Virus record (IMG/VR): IMGVR_UViG_3300034061_005432
Span: 1-64,000 of that record
Direction: 5' to 3' (one strand)
From: an uncultured virus (IMG/VR IMGVR_UViG_3300034061_005432)
Lineage: Duplodnaviria > Heunggongvirae > Uroviricota > Caudoviricetes
Length of the DNA: 64,000 bases
A model generated the notes under the pieces. That model had not been told where the DNA came from. It saw only the letters and a list, made by a program, of their open reading frames with translations, and did no database searches. Positions 1 through 9,892 of the stretch are shown here, piece by piece. The first letter of the stretch is position 1. Each line of letters opens with the position of its first letter. Position numbers and translations under genes: made by a program.

Positions 1-1
1 A

Positions 2-1063
2 AAGATTGACCCATATGAAACTGATTTTGATGGGTGTGATGGTACTGATTATTCAGACTATTATGAAGTAGGTTATGATGGTATAACTTTCACTTTCCAC
101 GATGGATTAGAAGAATACCTAAGATTTTTTTTCAAAGAAACTTATGGTGATGAAGGTTCAGATGCTTGGTATGAGGTAGGATATCTTGATTCTATGCGTA
201 GAGGTCAATGGGAATGGGATACTTGGGATAGAGCAAGTGAAGATTGGGATGAAGGTTATATACTAGAATCATTAAAAGGTGAACCTTTAAAATATTTATA
301 TGATATATTAGAAAAATACCAACCTCATTTATTAAATTCCTTTGAAGTAATTGATAATCACGTTAAGTGGAAAGATGGTAAAGAAACGGATAAAATAAAT
401 GATTTTATTGAATCTGTAAGTAGAAGGGCAAAGGACGATTTAATAGAAGCTTATGCATATGCAAATGATAGTGCAACAGATGCTGCAGTGCCAGGATATA
501 TTGATGATATATATTGTAATAGTTTATCTGTTATTGGTATTGAAAATCAATCAAAAAATTGTTATTGGAAATATTTTTTAAGTTGGGGTGATGCCATTAT
601 GTTATTTGTAAGATATGGAACTCCTGAAGATTGTTTGATGGATATAATGTTTAAAGCAATAGAAAAAGAAGTTACAAACCATGCTTCAGAATATTATGAA
701 ATTCAATATGAAGCTTGGGACAGAGGGGTATTTGATGAAGAAATTAATCGAAGAAGTATTAGAGTTTTAGAAAGTTTAATGGAAGAATTAGACGATATGG
801 TCGAAGAGGGTGGCGAAGAAAAAATGAAAAAATATTTTCAAATTTTAAACACACTAAATGAAAAAATAGGATTTAATACAAATAAAAAAATTCCAGGAAA
901 TTTTGAAATTAGAATATTTGATGTTGATAGTGACACTTTAATGGTTAATTATGGTTTACGTAAAGGAAACTCATGGGGAGAACCATTTAAAAAAGGGTCC
1001 GCCCCATTACGTCGTATCTTGGATATGTTGGAAACTCCACCGATTGTTCCTTATATTGATTAA
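2..1063 (+). CDS. hypothetical acidic phage protein, 5'-truncated
   Basis: The frame of ORF 194..1063 is open back to position 2 (KIDPYETDFDG...); no recognisable motif. Confidence 0.7.
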   Translation, partial: KIDPYETDFDGCDGTDYSDYYEVGYDGITFTFHDGLEEYLRFFFKETYGDEGSDAWYEVGYLDSMRRGQWEWDTWDRASEDWDEGYILESLKGEPLKYLYDILEKYQPHLLNSFEVIDNHVKWKDGKETDKINDFIESVSRRAKDDLIEAYAYANDSATDAAVPGYIDDIYCNSLSVIGIENQSKNCYWKYFLSWGDAIMLFVRYGTPEDCLMDIMFKAIEKEVTNHASEYYEIQYEAWDRGVFDEEINRRSIRVLESLMEELDDMVEEGGEEKMKKYFQILNTLNEKIGFNTNKKIPGNFEIRIFDVDSDTLMVNYGLRKGNSWGEPFKKGSAPLRRILDMLETPPIVPYID

Positions 1064-2112
1064 TACTTTTTAATCAATCTTTCTTTAATAATTTCATAAA
1101 GACTTACTAAATCCTCATCGGGGATAAATAAAAATCCATCGTCATAAGCGTCACTTAATGTGATACCATCTTTTTCTTCATATGCGTCTATACTCCCTAA
1201 ACGATGAAAAGTTTCTTCAGGGTAATCAAAAACTTCTTCATCTAAATCTTCCACAAGTGAATTCATTATTAATTGAGGAGTATATTTGATAGGAGCATAT
1301 TCGTATGTGTATTTTTTAAGTCCCAATACTGCAACCATCTTCTTTCCTGCTTCAATCGCATTTTTTACATCGTCTAAGGATACAAACTCTTGAACTGAGT
1401 GCATATTGTAATAACCACAAGACATGTTAATGCAAGAAACATTGATTTTCTTTTTTAGTTGTGAAATGTCGGTGTAAGGGTGAGATTGAACTAACATTTC
1501 ATTACCAAAAGATTCCGTAATAACTTCTAATGTTTTTTCAAAGAACTCACTCTCCCTTTCAAACAAACGAACTCCCGAGCAAATCTCGGTAATTAAGTGA
1601 TTACCAGGTGCGTCATATTGAGTGATATAACCAACATTCTGTAAAAAGTTTTCATCACATTTTGATGAACCGTGACATCCTGTTTCTTCTGAAACAAAAA
1701 AACCAATTTTTACTTTGTCTAATTGTTTTAGTAACTCTAAACAAATAAAAATACCACACTTGTCATCACCACCAATACCTGTTGGGTTACCGTTAGTGTC
1801 ATAAGCCTTTAATACATCAACTGGTGTGTTGTCAAAGGATTTACCAAAAGTGTAAGGTCGAGCAAGTTTTTCTTCTTTAACTACTATTTTTTCAATCTTA
1901 CTGTGTACTGTATCTGTGTGAGCAATAAACATAGGGTAAAATTCACCTTCCTCTAACACACCTTTTGTCGCGTAGATGTTCATCATTACATCACGATAGA
2001 AAGTAACCCCTTCCATATCCCCCAACTCGTCACAAATAAACTCTACCATATCTTCTTCTTGATATGTCTTGCTTGGGACTGAAAGGAGCTCTTTAAATTT
2101 TTCTATGTTCAT
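1060..2112 (-). CDS. M20/M28/M42-like zinc peptidase
   Basis: Metal-ligand motifs AHTDTVH, GGDDKCG, SEETG, QYD and GYYNMHS; start placed at ATG 2112, downstream of a Bacteroidota-type promoter. Confidence 0.8.
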   Translation of the reverse strand: MNIEKFKELLSVPSKTYQEEDMVEFICDELGDMEGVTFYRDVMMNIYATKGVLEEGEFYPMFIAHTDTVHSKIEKIVVKEEKLARPYTFGKSFDNTPVDVLKAYDTNGNPTGIGGDDKCGIFICLELLKQLDKVKIGFFVSEETGCHGSSKCDENFLQNVGYITQYDAPGNHLITEICSGVRLFERESEFFEKTLEVITESFGNEMLVQSHPYTDISQLKKKINVSCINMSCGYYNMHSVQEFVSLDDVKNAIEAGKKMVAVLGLKKYTYEYAPIKYTPQLIMNSLVEDLDEEVFDYPEETFHRLGSIDAYEEKDGITLSDAYDDGFLFIPDEDLVSLYEIIKERLIKKY

Positions 2113-2125
2113 TGCTGTTTTTTTA

Positions 2126-2156
2126 CAAATGTACAAAAGTTTTTAACATTTGCAAA
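2126..2156 (-). promoter_or_regulatory. Bacteroidota housekeeping-type promoter (-33 TTTG / -7 TACATTTG)
   Basis: The minus strand reads TTTG-N19-TACATTTG, matching the TTTG-N19-21-TAnnTTTG consensus, 13 nt before ATG 2112. Confidence 0.7.
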
Positions 2157-2157
2157 A

Positions 2158-4194
2158 TTATTTTTTTCTTTTAATTGGTTTTTTTATTTTAACATCAGTT
2201 TTCTTTTCCTTCTCGTTATAAGTAAGAACAAACTTTGATCCTTTTTCTGGGTTATCTGTAAGGATTTTTTCAGTGATTGCATCATCAATCCATTTCTGTA
2301 CGGTTCTTTTAAGTATTCTAGCCCCAAAACGAGTATCCATTCCGACTTCTATTAGATGTTTTTTTAGTGTCTCATCGACATCTACAGAAAACTCTAACTT
2401 AGAAATTCTTTCGTAGAATTTATTAAGTTCTAAATCAACAATTTTTAACAAATCCTCTTTATTAAGGTCTTTGAAATAAACTATATCATCAAATCTATTG
2501 ATAAACTCAGGCGGGAATTTTTTGAATAGCTCTTTTTCCAAAAGTGTTTTGATCTCATCGTCTTTTCTTTCAGTTTTTGCCGTTGTTGAAAAACCGACAC
2601 CCGTCCCAAAATCTTGTACAACCTTAGTTCCCACATTAGAAGTCATTAGAATAATACAATTTTTAAAATTTATTTTTCTCCCATGACCGTCTGTTAACAT
2701 ACCCTCATCCAACATCTGTAAAAAAACATTGAATATATCGGAATGTGCCTTTTCTATTTCATCTAATAGAATTACAGAGTATGGCTTGTTTTTGATTTTA
2801 TTCAAAAATGGTGAGCCCTCTTCAAACCCCACATAACCTGGTGATGTTCCCGTCAATTTGGATGTTGAAATTTTATCTGAAAACTCACTCATGTCTAAAC
2901 GGATTAAAGCGTCTTCACTGTTAAACATATGTTTTGCCAATTGTTTTGCGAGTTCTGTTTTCCCGACTCCCGAATTACCAATTAACAGACCACTGAAAAT
3001 AGGTTTTTTCGGATCGTTTAAACCAACTTTATTTCTCTGAATTGCCCTTGCTATTTTACTTACAGCATCATCCTGACCAATAACTTTTGTGTTCAAATTT
3101 TCTTTTAAAGAAATAAGTTGTTGTGTTTCATCTGTAGATATTTTATTCACAGGAATTTTTGTCATTAAAGAAACTACATCATAAACGACATCTTCAGTCA
3201 CTTCTCTTTTAAACATGTCACGATTCTTTTCGAATTTTTGTTTCTCATTTTCTAATTCGGCAAGAACTTTTCTTTCTTTGTCTCGTAAATTAGCCGCCTC
3301 CTCATACTTTTGTTTGTTGATGACATCTAACTTTTCTTCTTTGATTTTCAAAGCTTCTTTTTTCAAGTCCTCAATAATTTCAGGAAGTTTTACTTCCACT
3401 TGAGATCTTGCCCCAACCTCATCAATAATATCAAATGCCTTATCTGGAAATTCACGATCAGTAATATATCTATCGGCTAACTCCACACAAAGTTTCATAA
3501 TATCATCACTATAAATTACTTTGTGGTAATTTTCATAACTTTCTTTGGATTGTTGAAGAATTAGTAATGTTTCTTCTTTTGTTGATGCGTCAACAATAAC
3601 TTTTTGGAATCTTCTTTCTAATGCCCCATCCTTCTCAATATTTTTTCTGTATTCGTCTAAAGTTGTCGCCCCAATACATTGAAGTTCCCCTCTTGAAAGT
3701 GCGGGTTTAAATATGTTTGACGCATCCATAGAACCTGATGAATTACCAGCACCAATCATAGTATGTATTTCATCAATAAAAATTATAATATCGGGATTTC
3801 CATATAATTCTTCCATTATAACCTTCATCCTCTCTTCAAACTGACCTCTATATTTTGTCCCTGCCACAACTGATGTCATATCTAACGATACTATTCTTTT
3901 GTTTGCTAAATTTTGAGGACAATCACCTTCAAAAATCTTTTTTGCAAGTCCCTCAACAATTGCAGTTTTACCACAACCCGGTTCCCCTAAAATAATTGGA
4001 TTGTTTTTCTTTCTCCTTGATAAAATTTGAGCAATCCTATTGATCTCGTTTTCTCTCCCTATCACAGGGTCCAACTTCCCTTCTTCTGCCGCCTTAATTA
4101 GATCTCTTGAGAAATTATCTAATACGGGGGTTTTTGAGGAACTATCTTTAGGTTTGTTTTTTGGTTTTTCGTTTTCGTCTACGGATTCTATCAT
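2158..4194 (-). CDS. clpC: ClpC-like AAA+ chaperone lacking the N-terminal domain
   Basis: Two AAA modules ([13 protein letters not shown] and [16 protein letters not shown]), a UVR-like YEEAANLRD segment and a VGF ClpP-docking loop; begins just before TPVLDNF. Confidence 0.9.
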   Translation of the reverse strand: MIESVDENEKPKNKPKDSSSKTPVLDNFSRDLIKAAEEGKLDPVIGRENEINRIAQILSRRKKNNPIILGEPGCGKTAIVEGLAKKIFEGDCPQNLANKRIVSLDMTSVVAGTKYRGQFEERMKVIMEELYGNPDIIIFIDEIHTMIGAGNSSGSMDASNIFKPALSRGELQCIGATTLDEYRKNIEKDGALERRFQKVIVDASTKEETLLILQQSKESYENYHKVIYSDDIMKLCVELADRYITDREFPDKAFDIIDEVGARSQVEVKLPEIIEDLKKEALKIKEEKLDVINKQKYEEAANLRDKERKVLAELENEKQKFEKNRDMFKREVTEDVVYDVVSLMTKIPVNKISTDETQQLISLKENLNTKVIGQDDAVSKIARAIQRNKVGLNDPKKPIFSGLLIGNSGVGKTELAKQLAKHMFNSEDALIRLDMSEFSDKISTSKLTGTSPGYVGFEEGSPFLNKIKNKPYSVILLDEIEKAHSDIFNVFLQMLDEGMLTDGHGRKINFKNCIILMTSNVGTKVVQDFGTGVGFSTTAKTERKDDEIKTLLEKELFKKFPPEFINRFDDIVYFKDLNKEDLLKIVDLELNKFYERISKLEFSVDVDETLKKHLIEVGMDTRFGARILKRTVQKWIDDAITEKILTDNPEKGSKFVLTYNEKEKKTDVKIKKPIKRKK

Positions 4195-4210
4195 AACTTC
4201 TAATTTGACT

Positions 4211-4241
4211 CAAAATTAAACATAAGTTAAATAATAATCAA
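4211..4241 (-). promoter_or_regulatory. host-type promoter for clpC
   Basis: The minus strand reads TTGATT-N17-TAATTTTG; the downstream box fits TAnnTTTG. Confidence 0.55.
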
Positions 4242-4255
4242 TTGCCAATCTGTAG

Positions 4256-4263
4256 TATTTATA
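4256..4263 (+). promoter_or_regulatory. putative late promoter motif TATTTATA
   Basis: Recurrent motif, 3 nt before ATG 4267. Confidence 0.6.
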
Positions 4264-4266
4264 GTT

Positions 4267-4581
4267 ATGAAAGCTTGGAGAAAATTCGTGGATACTTTGG
4301 AATTGACAAAAGATTTAGAACAGAATTATTTTGACATGAGAAAAATATTTCAAAGAGAAGGGTGGACACAAGAAGAGTTGGCAAGTCCAAGATACTTCCC
4401 CCAAGACTTATTAAAATTGCACTCCGAATTCCAACCAAAAATGCGTGAGATTTTTCAAACAATTAAGGATTATGGTTTTGATGTTGACAGAGACGAAGTT
4501 CATTATTATATTATGGATAAACTTAGTCATATAGATGACATAACCCCATTAAGAGAACCAGATGGCAATAAAAAGAACTGA
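4267..4581 (+). CDS. hypothetical protein
   Basis: 104-aa ORF preceded by the TATTTATA motif. Confidence 0.7.
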   Translation: MKAWRKFVDTLELTKDLEQNYFDMRKIFQREGWTQEELASPRYFPQDLLKLHSEFQPKMREIFQTIKDYGFDVDRDEVHYYIMDKLSHIDDITPLREPDGNKKN

Positions 4582-4810
4582 CATAGAAGGCACAAGAATT
4601 GTTTGTGAAATCGAATCTTCTAACTTGGTAAAAACCGAGTATGATACAGAATCAAAAAAGTTAATAACTACATTTAAAAACGGTTTAAGATATGAATATG
4701 AAGATGTTCCGCACAACATCTTTGCTCAATTTAGATTGTCAGAATCCCAAGGAAAATTTTTCAATTCTCAAATATCAAGAACATTCAAATATAAAAAATT
4801 AGATAATTAA
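4562..4810 (+). CDS. KTSC domain protein
   Basis: SSNL...YD...LITTFKNG..YEYEDVP......F..SESQGKFFN pattern. Confidence 0.85.
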   Translation: MAIKRTDIEGTRIVCEIESSNLVKTEYDTESKKLITTFKNGLRYEYEDVPHNIFAQFRLSESQGKFFNSQISRTFKYKKLDN

Positions 4811-4820
4811 TTTTTTATCA

Positions 4821-4828
4821 TATTTATA
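4821..4828 (+). promoter_or_regulatory. putative late promoter motif TATTTATA
   Basis: 3 nt before ATG 4832. Confidence 0.6.
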
Positions 4829-4831
4829 TGT

Positions 4832-5605
4832 ATGGCATCCGATAAAAAAATTATTGATAGTTTATACCTACAAAATGAGTTAAACCCAAAAATTTGGTAT
4901 TTCCCAAAAGAAAAATACATGGGAGATTCTGAGGGACAAGAAGAAAAACTTAAATCTGAAATCAGAGATCGTTTATTAAAAATCGCAAATATTTTTATAG
5001 ATTATTTGGATGTTGATTTATATGTTGAAGATGTAGTCTTAATCGGATCATTAACAGGATATAATTGGTCGGAATTTTCTGATTTCGACTTACACATCAT
5101 TTACAACATAGATAAATTAGATGGAGATGTTGAATTATACAAAGAACTTTTTAGACTTAAAAAAACTGTATTCAACGCAAAACACGATATCAAAATAAAA
5201 GGATATGAAGTAGAGGTTTATGCCCAAGCATCTACTGACCCCGAAGAGAGTGCGGGGTCCTACTCTATCTTAAGTGACAGGTGGGTAAGGTACCCCAACA
5301 AAGAAGAATTTTCAATAGATGAAAAGGTCTTAAAGGACAAGGTTGATCAATGGGAAACAATAATTGACGGTGTAATAGAAAATGCCGAAGATGAAAGTTT
5401 GGAGGATGGTTTGAATCTTTTGAAGAAATATCGAGAAAAGTTGAGGAAGTATAGAACTTGCGGACTTAAAAAAGAGGGTGAATTTTCTTATGAGAATTTA
5501 GTGTTTAAATACCTAAGAAGAAATGGGTACTTATCCAAATTAGAAGATTTCAAAAATACATTATCGGATAAAAAATTGTCCTTAGAGCAAGAAAAATCTG
5601 AATAA
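4832..5605 (+). CDS. Pol-beta superfamily nucleotidyltransferase
   Basis: LIGSLTGYNWSEFSDFDLHI (GS...DxD) plus a third acidic residue in EVEVY. Confidence 0.75.
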   Translation: MASDKKIIDSLYLQNELNPKIWYFPKEKYMGDSEGQEEKLKSEIRDRLLKIANIFIDYLDVDLYVEDVVLIGSLTGYNWSEFSDFDLHIIYNIDKLDGDVELYKELFRLKKTVFNAKHDIKIKGYEVEVYAQASTDPEESAGSYSILSDRWVRYPNKEEFSIDEKVLKDKVDQWETIIDGVIENAEDESLEDGLNLLKKYREKLRKYRTCGLKKEGEFSYENLVFKYLRRNGYLSKLEDFKNTLSDKKLSLEQEKSE

Positions 5606-5629
5606 TGTAAAAATTACCAATTAACAATA

Positions 5630-5637
5630 TATTTATA
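5630..5637 (+). promoter_or_regulatory. putative late promoter motif TATTTATA
   Basis: Intergenic, 13 nt before ATG 5651. Confidence 0.55.
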
Positions 5638-5650
5638 TAGAAAAATTACT

Positions 5651-5851
5651 ATGTCTACAACTGCATGTACATCTTATTATACTACTACCGTAGTTGGTTA
5701 TCTTCCGGCTTCTGGAACTACAGTAGGTACTATTGTGACTTTCAATACTCCGAAACCTGTATGGAACGATACGGTTAAAAATGAGGCGAGTGTTGTTTCT
5801 TTACAATGTAATGGAGTTGCCTTGGGCGGATTTAATGGACTAAACAATTAA
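5651..5851 (+). CDS. small Thr/Gly-rich hypothetical protein, possibly structural
   Basis: 66-aa ORF after the motif, A-rich start. Confidence 0.65.
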   Translation: MSTTACTSYYTTTVVGYLPASGTTVGTIVTFNTPKPVWNDTVKNEASVVSLQCNGVALGGFNGLNN

Positions 5852-5865
5852 AAACAAATATAAAA

Positions 5866-7158
5866 ATGGGAGATTTAAGACCTCTTGGTAGTGAGAAATT
5901 AGAAGGTGTTGAAAAATTAAGAAGAATTATGGAGATTGCTCGTTATAACGAAGCACCTAAAACTGAAACTAATCCACTTTCCACAACTAACTATACTATT
6001 ACTTTGGCTGATGGTATGACTTATGGTATTGTTAAAGAAAAAACAGGATACATCCTCAAAAAAGGTTTGAACGAGTCTGAAATGGACTATAACGAACCTA
6101 TGAAACAAAGGAAATATTATAGATCATATTCTGAAGCGATGAAAAAACTTAATCTTGTCGCTGCCGAAGTCAACAGGGTAACTGGAAACGAATTTGAAAT
6201 TCCTCTTATTGGTGAACAAGAGGCAAAAAAAAAATATGTTTTAAGAACTCCTAAACCTAAATCTGAAGAAATGCCAGCACCGGAACCTGCAATGGAACCG
6301 GCACCAATGCCTTCCCCATCACCTGAACCACCAGCGGATGCTCCTATGGGATCTGAAATGGGTGGAGAAGAACCAATGGGTATGGAACCTGAAATGGGTG
6401 GAGAAGAACCAATGGGTATGGAACCGGAAATGGGTGGAGAAGAACCCGTAGATGGTGAAGAGCCAATGGGTATGGAACCTGAAATGGGTGGAGAAGACGA
6501 TGGTGACGAAGAACCACAAGGACCAGCAGGTTTGAAATCAATTCAAAGACTAACAGGTAAATTAAGTCAAAAAATTAGAGCTTTTGATAAAGATCAAGGA
6601 CTAGATTCTCAAGATATTAAGTATGTAATTAATTCTATAATATCTGCAATGGATTTAGATAGTTTAGATGAAGACGATAAAGAAGATATACTTTCTAAAT
6701 TCGACGAATCTGATGAATATGGTGCTGAAGGTGAGGGTGAGTTTGACTTGTCAGGAGAAGAAGACTTCGATATGGGAATGGAACCTGAAATGCCAGAACC
6801 GATGGACGGCGAAGAGCCGATGGGAATGGAACCTGAAATGTCTGAACCTGTAGAAACATACACTTTCAAAGAATCTGTAGAAAGTGTTTTATCAAACTAT
6901 TTTATTATTAATGAAGATGAAAAAAAAGGTTTAGAAAAAAAATCAAAAAAAGATTTTATAAAATCTAAAATTAATAAAATAGATACATTGAGGGATTTGA
7001 GAAAATTAAGTGAAAACAACACTCAATACAAAGTTAGTTTGGAATTGATAGAGGAAAATAAAGGAACCAAATTCATTGGTAAAACCAATAAGTCCAACTT
7101 AGTTTTTATTAAAGAAGGTAAACAAATTAAAGTAACACCAACAGGATCGATTATATGA
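5866..7158 (+). CDS. acidic low-complexity protein, possibly a head-core protein
   Basis: 430 aa with E/M/P/G repeats, upstream of the head genes. Confidence 0.65.
   Translation: MGDLRPLGSEKLEGVEKLRRIMEIARYNEAPKTETNPLSTTNYTITLADGMTYGIVKEKTGYILKKGLNESEMDYNEPMKQRKYYRSYSEAMKKLNLVAAEVNRVTGNEFEIPLIGEQEAKKKYVLRTPKPKSEEMPAPEPAMEPAPMPSPSPEPPADAPMGSEMGGEEPMGMEPEMGGEEPMGMEPEMGGEEPVDGEEPMGMEPEMGGEDDGDEEPQGPAGLKSIQRLTGKLSQKIRAFDKDQGLDSQDIKYVINSIISAMDLDSLDEDDKEDILSKFDESDEYGAEGEGEFDLSGEEDFDMGMEPEMPEPMDGEEPMGMEPEMSEPVETYTFKESVESVLSNYFIINEDEKKGLEKKSKKDFIKSKINKIDTLRDLRKLSENNTQYKVSLELIEENKGTKFIGKTNKSNLVFIKEGKQIKVTPTGSII
6355..6497 (+). repeat. 36-bp coding tandem repeat (EMGGEEPMGMEP)
   Basis: GAAATGGGTGGAGAAGAACCAATGGGTATGGAACC(T/G) twice plus degenerate copies; related copies near 6770-6840. 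Confidence 0.9.
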
Positions 7159-7574
7159 ATTTGATTTATGTAAATGAGCTAGGACCTAATTACAAAGGTG
7201 ATAACATTTACGAATTTATATTTTCGGATATTAATGATGTGTGGGGTGAAGATTGGGATGCAACACCATCAGGTGGAAAACCACTCCCCCCTCAAATAGA
7301 ATTTATAAAAAAGGTTGGGGTTTTAAGAAACTCAGAAATAGAATTAGAACTGATACAACAGTCTGATTATTTTGGAGTATATGATGCAGTAGATGGTGTT
7401 ATTGGGTTAGCTTGGGAAAAATCTGATTCTGACTCAGTTACATTCAACAAGTATAAAAGATTAGTTTTTCACTTTGGTGAAACAGACGAATCTGTAGAAA
7501 ACAAACTTTACGAAAGAGATGTCGTATTAAAATGGGAAAAAAATTTAGTCAAAGATGAAACACATGAATCCTAA
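7155..7574 (+). CDS. hypothetical protein
   Basis: 139-aa ORF with an ATGA overlap with the upstream gene. Confidence 0.7.
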   Translation: MNLIYVNELGPNYKGDNIYEFIFSDINDVWGEDWDATPSGGKPLPPQIEFIKKVGVLRNSEIELELIQQSDYFGVYDAVDGVIGLAWEKSDSDSVTFNKYKRLVFHFGETDESVENKLYERDVVLKWEKNLVKDETHES

Positions 7575-8073
7575 ATTAGTTAAACTTTTACATGAAGGTT
7601 TTTCTATGAATACATTAGAAAAACTAAACGAAAACCAGTTAAATGTTCTTTTTAAAAGAATAAATGAGCAAAAAGGTAAGGTAACAGTTTCTTCAGATAA
7701 GTTGGGGACTGTCGATCTTAAAAAAATGACAGACTCAGGTGTTGATGTTGAGGTTAAAGAAGAGGAGACTGAAGTAAAGGAGAAGTCAGTTTCCCAACAA
7801 CAACAAAAAATAATGGGATTGGCACTTTCAGTGAAAAAAGGAGATACTGCAAAATCTAAAGTTTCTAAAGAAGTAAAGAAAATGGCTAAAGACATGACTT
7901 ACAAAGAATTAGAAGACTTTGCATCGACTAAAAGAAAAGGGTTACCCAAGAAAAAAGAAACGGACGAAGAAGTTAAAAATCTTGAAGAGGGTATTCTTAG
8001 AATATTACAAAATCATTTACCTCCACATACCACAAAAGGTGAACTTCTCGATGTAATTCGTAGAAGAAATTAA
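7555..8073 (+). CDS. DUF3008-like domain protein
   Basis: KSVSQQQQKIMGLALSVKKG...MTYKELEDFASTKRKGLPKK resembles DUF3008. Confidence 0.6.
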   Translation: MKHMNPKLVKLLHEGFSMNTLEKLNENQLNVLFKRINEQKGKVTVSSDKLGTVDLKKMTDSGVDVEVKEEETEVKEKSVSQQQQKIMGLALSVKKGDTAKSKVSKEVKKMAKDMTYKELEDFASTKRKGLPKKKETDEEVKNLEEGILRILQNHLPPHTTKGELLDVIRRRN

Positions 8074-8079
8074 AAATGA

Positions 8080-9855
8080 ATGTCGTTATCGAAAGAACAA
8101 ATATTATTAGAGTATGCTAAGTGTGTAAATGATACACCTTACGCCTTAAAAACATATTTACAAACTTACGACAACACACAGTCCAAATATGTTCCATTAG
8201 AACTTTTTAATGATCAGGTTACACTTGTTAAAGATTATGACGAGTGTGAAGAAAATATCGCACTTAAATACCGACAAGCCGGTGTTTCAACCGTTACATC
8301 CGCATGGGCATCTAAAAGGTTAGTATTTGCTAAAAAATCAAAACCAGAAAAAATATTGATTATTGCAAATAAAATGGACACCGCTGTAGAGATGGCAAAT
8401 AAAGTGAGAGCTTTTGTTGAACAGTGGCCAAATTGGTTAGGTGTAACATTCTCTAACGAAAAAAATTCACAAAGACATTTTAAATTAACTAACGGATGTG
8501 AAGTAAAGGCAGTTGCAACATCTAAGGATGCTTTGCGTGGGTATACACCTACGATCTTAATCTTTGATGAGGCAGCATATATTAATGCGGACGAAGATTT
8601 CTGGTCAGCGTGTATGGCATCCCTATCTACAGGAGGTAAAGTTATAGTAATATCAACACCAAATGGATTTGATCCAATATATTATTCAATTTACAGTCAG
8701 GCGATAAAAGGAATGAATGACTTTAAAATAACAGAAATGTATTGGTTTCGAGATCCTAGATATTCTAAGGATCTGAAATTAATTAAGTGTGATGATATTG
8801 TTCACTATATGTTGAATAGGGCGGATTATAATGATTCTGAAATCATACTAGACTATACTGAAGTCAAAGTAATTAATAGAGACTTTGAAGAAATAAAGGA
8901 AAAAATTAATAAAGGTTACAAACCGTATAGTTCTTGGTTTGAGGCTATGGCCAAAAAGTTAAAGTTTGACAAAAGAAAAATTTCTCAAGAATTAGAATGT
9001 AATTTTTTAGGTTCGGGTGACAATGTTATCCCACCTGAAACGATGAAAAAAATAAAAGAAAACCACATCCAAGAACCTGTTAATAAATTTATGGGAGGTG
9101 CACTTTGGCAATGGAAAGAACCTATTGTTGGTCATAAATATATTATGGGTGTCGATGTATCAAGAGGAGATAGTGAAGATTTTAGTACTATATCAATCAT
9201 TGATTTTGACTCAAGAGAACAAGTTTTAGAATATATTGGAAAAATCCCACCCGATGTTTTAGCAGAAATTGCTTTCAAGTGGGGAACTATGTATGGTTCC
9301 CTTATCGTGACTGATATAACAGGAGGGATGGGAGTGTCAACATCAAGAAAATTACAAGAACTTGGATATAAAAATTTATATGTTGATGGGGTAAACCCTG
9401 CAGATAAATGGAAGTGGGACCCAAAGGCTAATGATAAAATTCCTGGTATTAATTTTAACGCAAAACGAGTTCTAATTATTCAATCATTTGAGGAAGCTTT
9501 AAGGTATGATTTTGTTGTCAGATCACAAAGGTTATTTAATGAATTGAATACATTCGTTTATGTAAACGGTAGACCTGATCACCAAAAAGGACAACATGAT
9601 GACTTGATAATGTCATTTGCAATAGCAATTTATGTTGCTGAAACATCTTTTGCCCAATTAGAAAAAGTAACAGAACAAACAAAGGCAATGTTAGATTCTT
9701 GGTCAGTAGAAAGTAATACTTATCATAAAGAGTATACAAGTTTTAATCCAAGTTTACCAGTATCACAGAGAGATCAAACAGGATATCAGAGAAACACGGT
9801 CACTAAAAGTGATTATGAAAAGTATTTATGGTTATTCAGTGGTAAAAGGGTTTAG
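8080..9855 (+). CDS. terL: terminase large subunit (T4 gp17-like)
   Basis: KYRQAGVST Walker A variant, ILIFDEAA Walker B, ISTPNG, and nuclease motifs GVDVSRG..D and HDDL. Confidence 0.92.
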   Translation: MSLSKEQILLEYAKCVNDTPYALKTYLQTYDNTQSKYVPLELFNDQVTLVKDYDECEENIALKYRQAGVSTVTSAWASKRLVFAKKSKPEKILIIANKMDTAVEMANKVRAFVEQWPNWLGVTFSNEKNSQRHFKLTNGCEVKAVATSKDALRGYTPTILIFDEAAYINADEDFWSACMASLSTGGKVIVISTPNGFDPIYYSIYSQAIKGMNDFKITEMYWFRDPRYSKDLKLIKCDDIVHYMLNRADYNDSEIILDYTEVKVINRDFEEIKEKINKGYKPYSSWFEAMAKKLKFDKRKISQELECNFLGSGDNVIPPETMKKIKENHIQEPVNKFMGGALWQWKEPIVGHKYIMGVDVSRGDSEDFSTISIIDFDSREQVLEYIGKIPPDVLAEIAFKWGTMYGSLIVTDITGGMGVSTSRKLQELGYKNLYVDGVNPADKWKWDPKANDKIPGINFNAKRVLIIQSFEEALRYDFVVRSQRLFNELNTFVYVNGRPDHQKGQHDDLIMSFAIAIYVAETSFAQLEKVTEQTKAMLDSWSVESNTYHKEYTSFNPSLPVSQRDQTGYQRNTVTKSDYEKYLWLFSGKRV

Positions 9856-9892
9856 TTTATAACTAACCATATTATTTTTTAAGAAAAAAATT

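Noticed and set aside
6355..6497. 36-bp repeats as a CRISPR array
   Set aside because: Head-to-tail copies with no unique spacers, in frame within a CDS; the same applies to 15107-15232.
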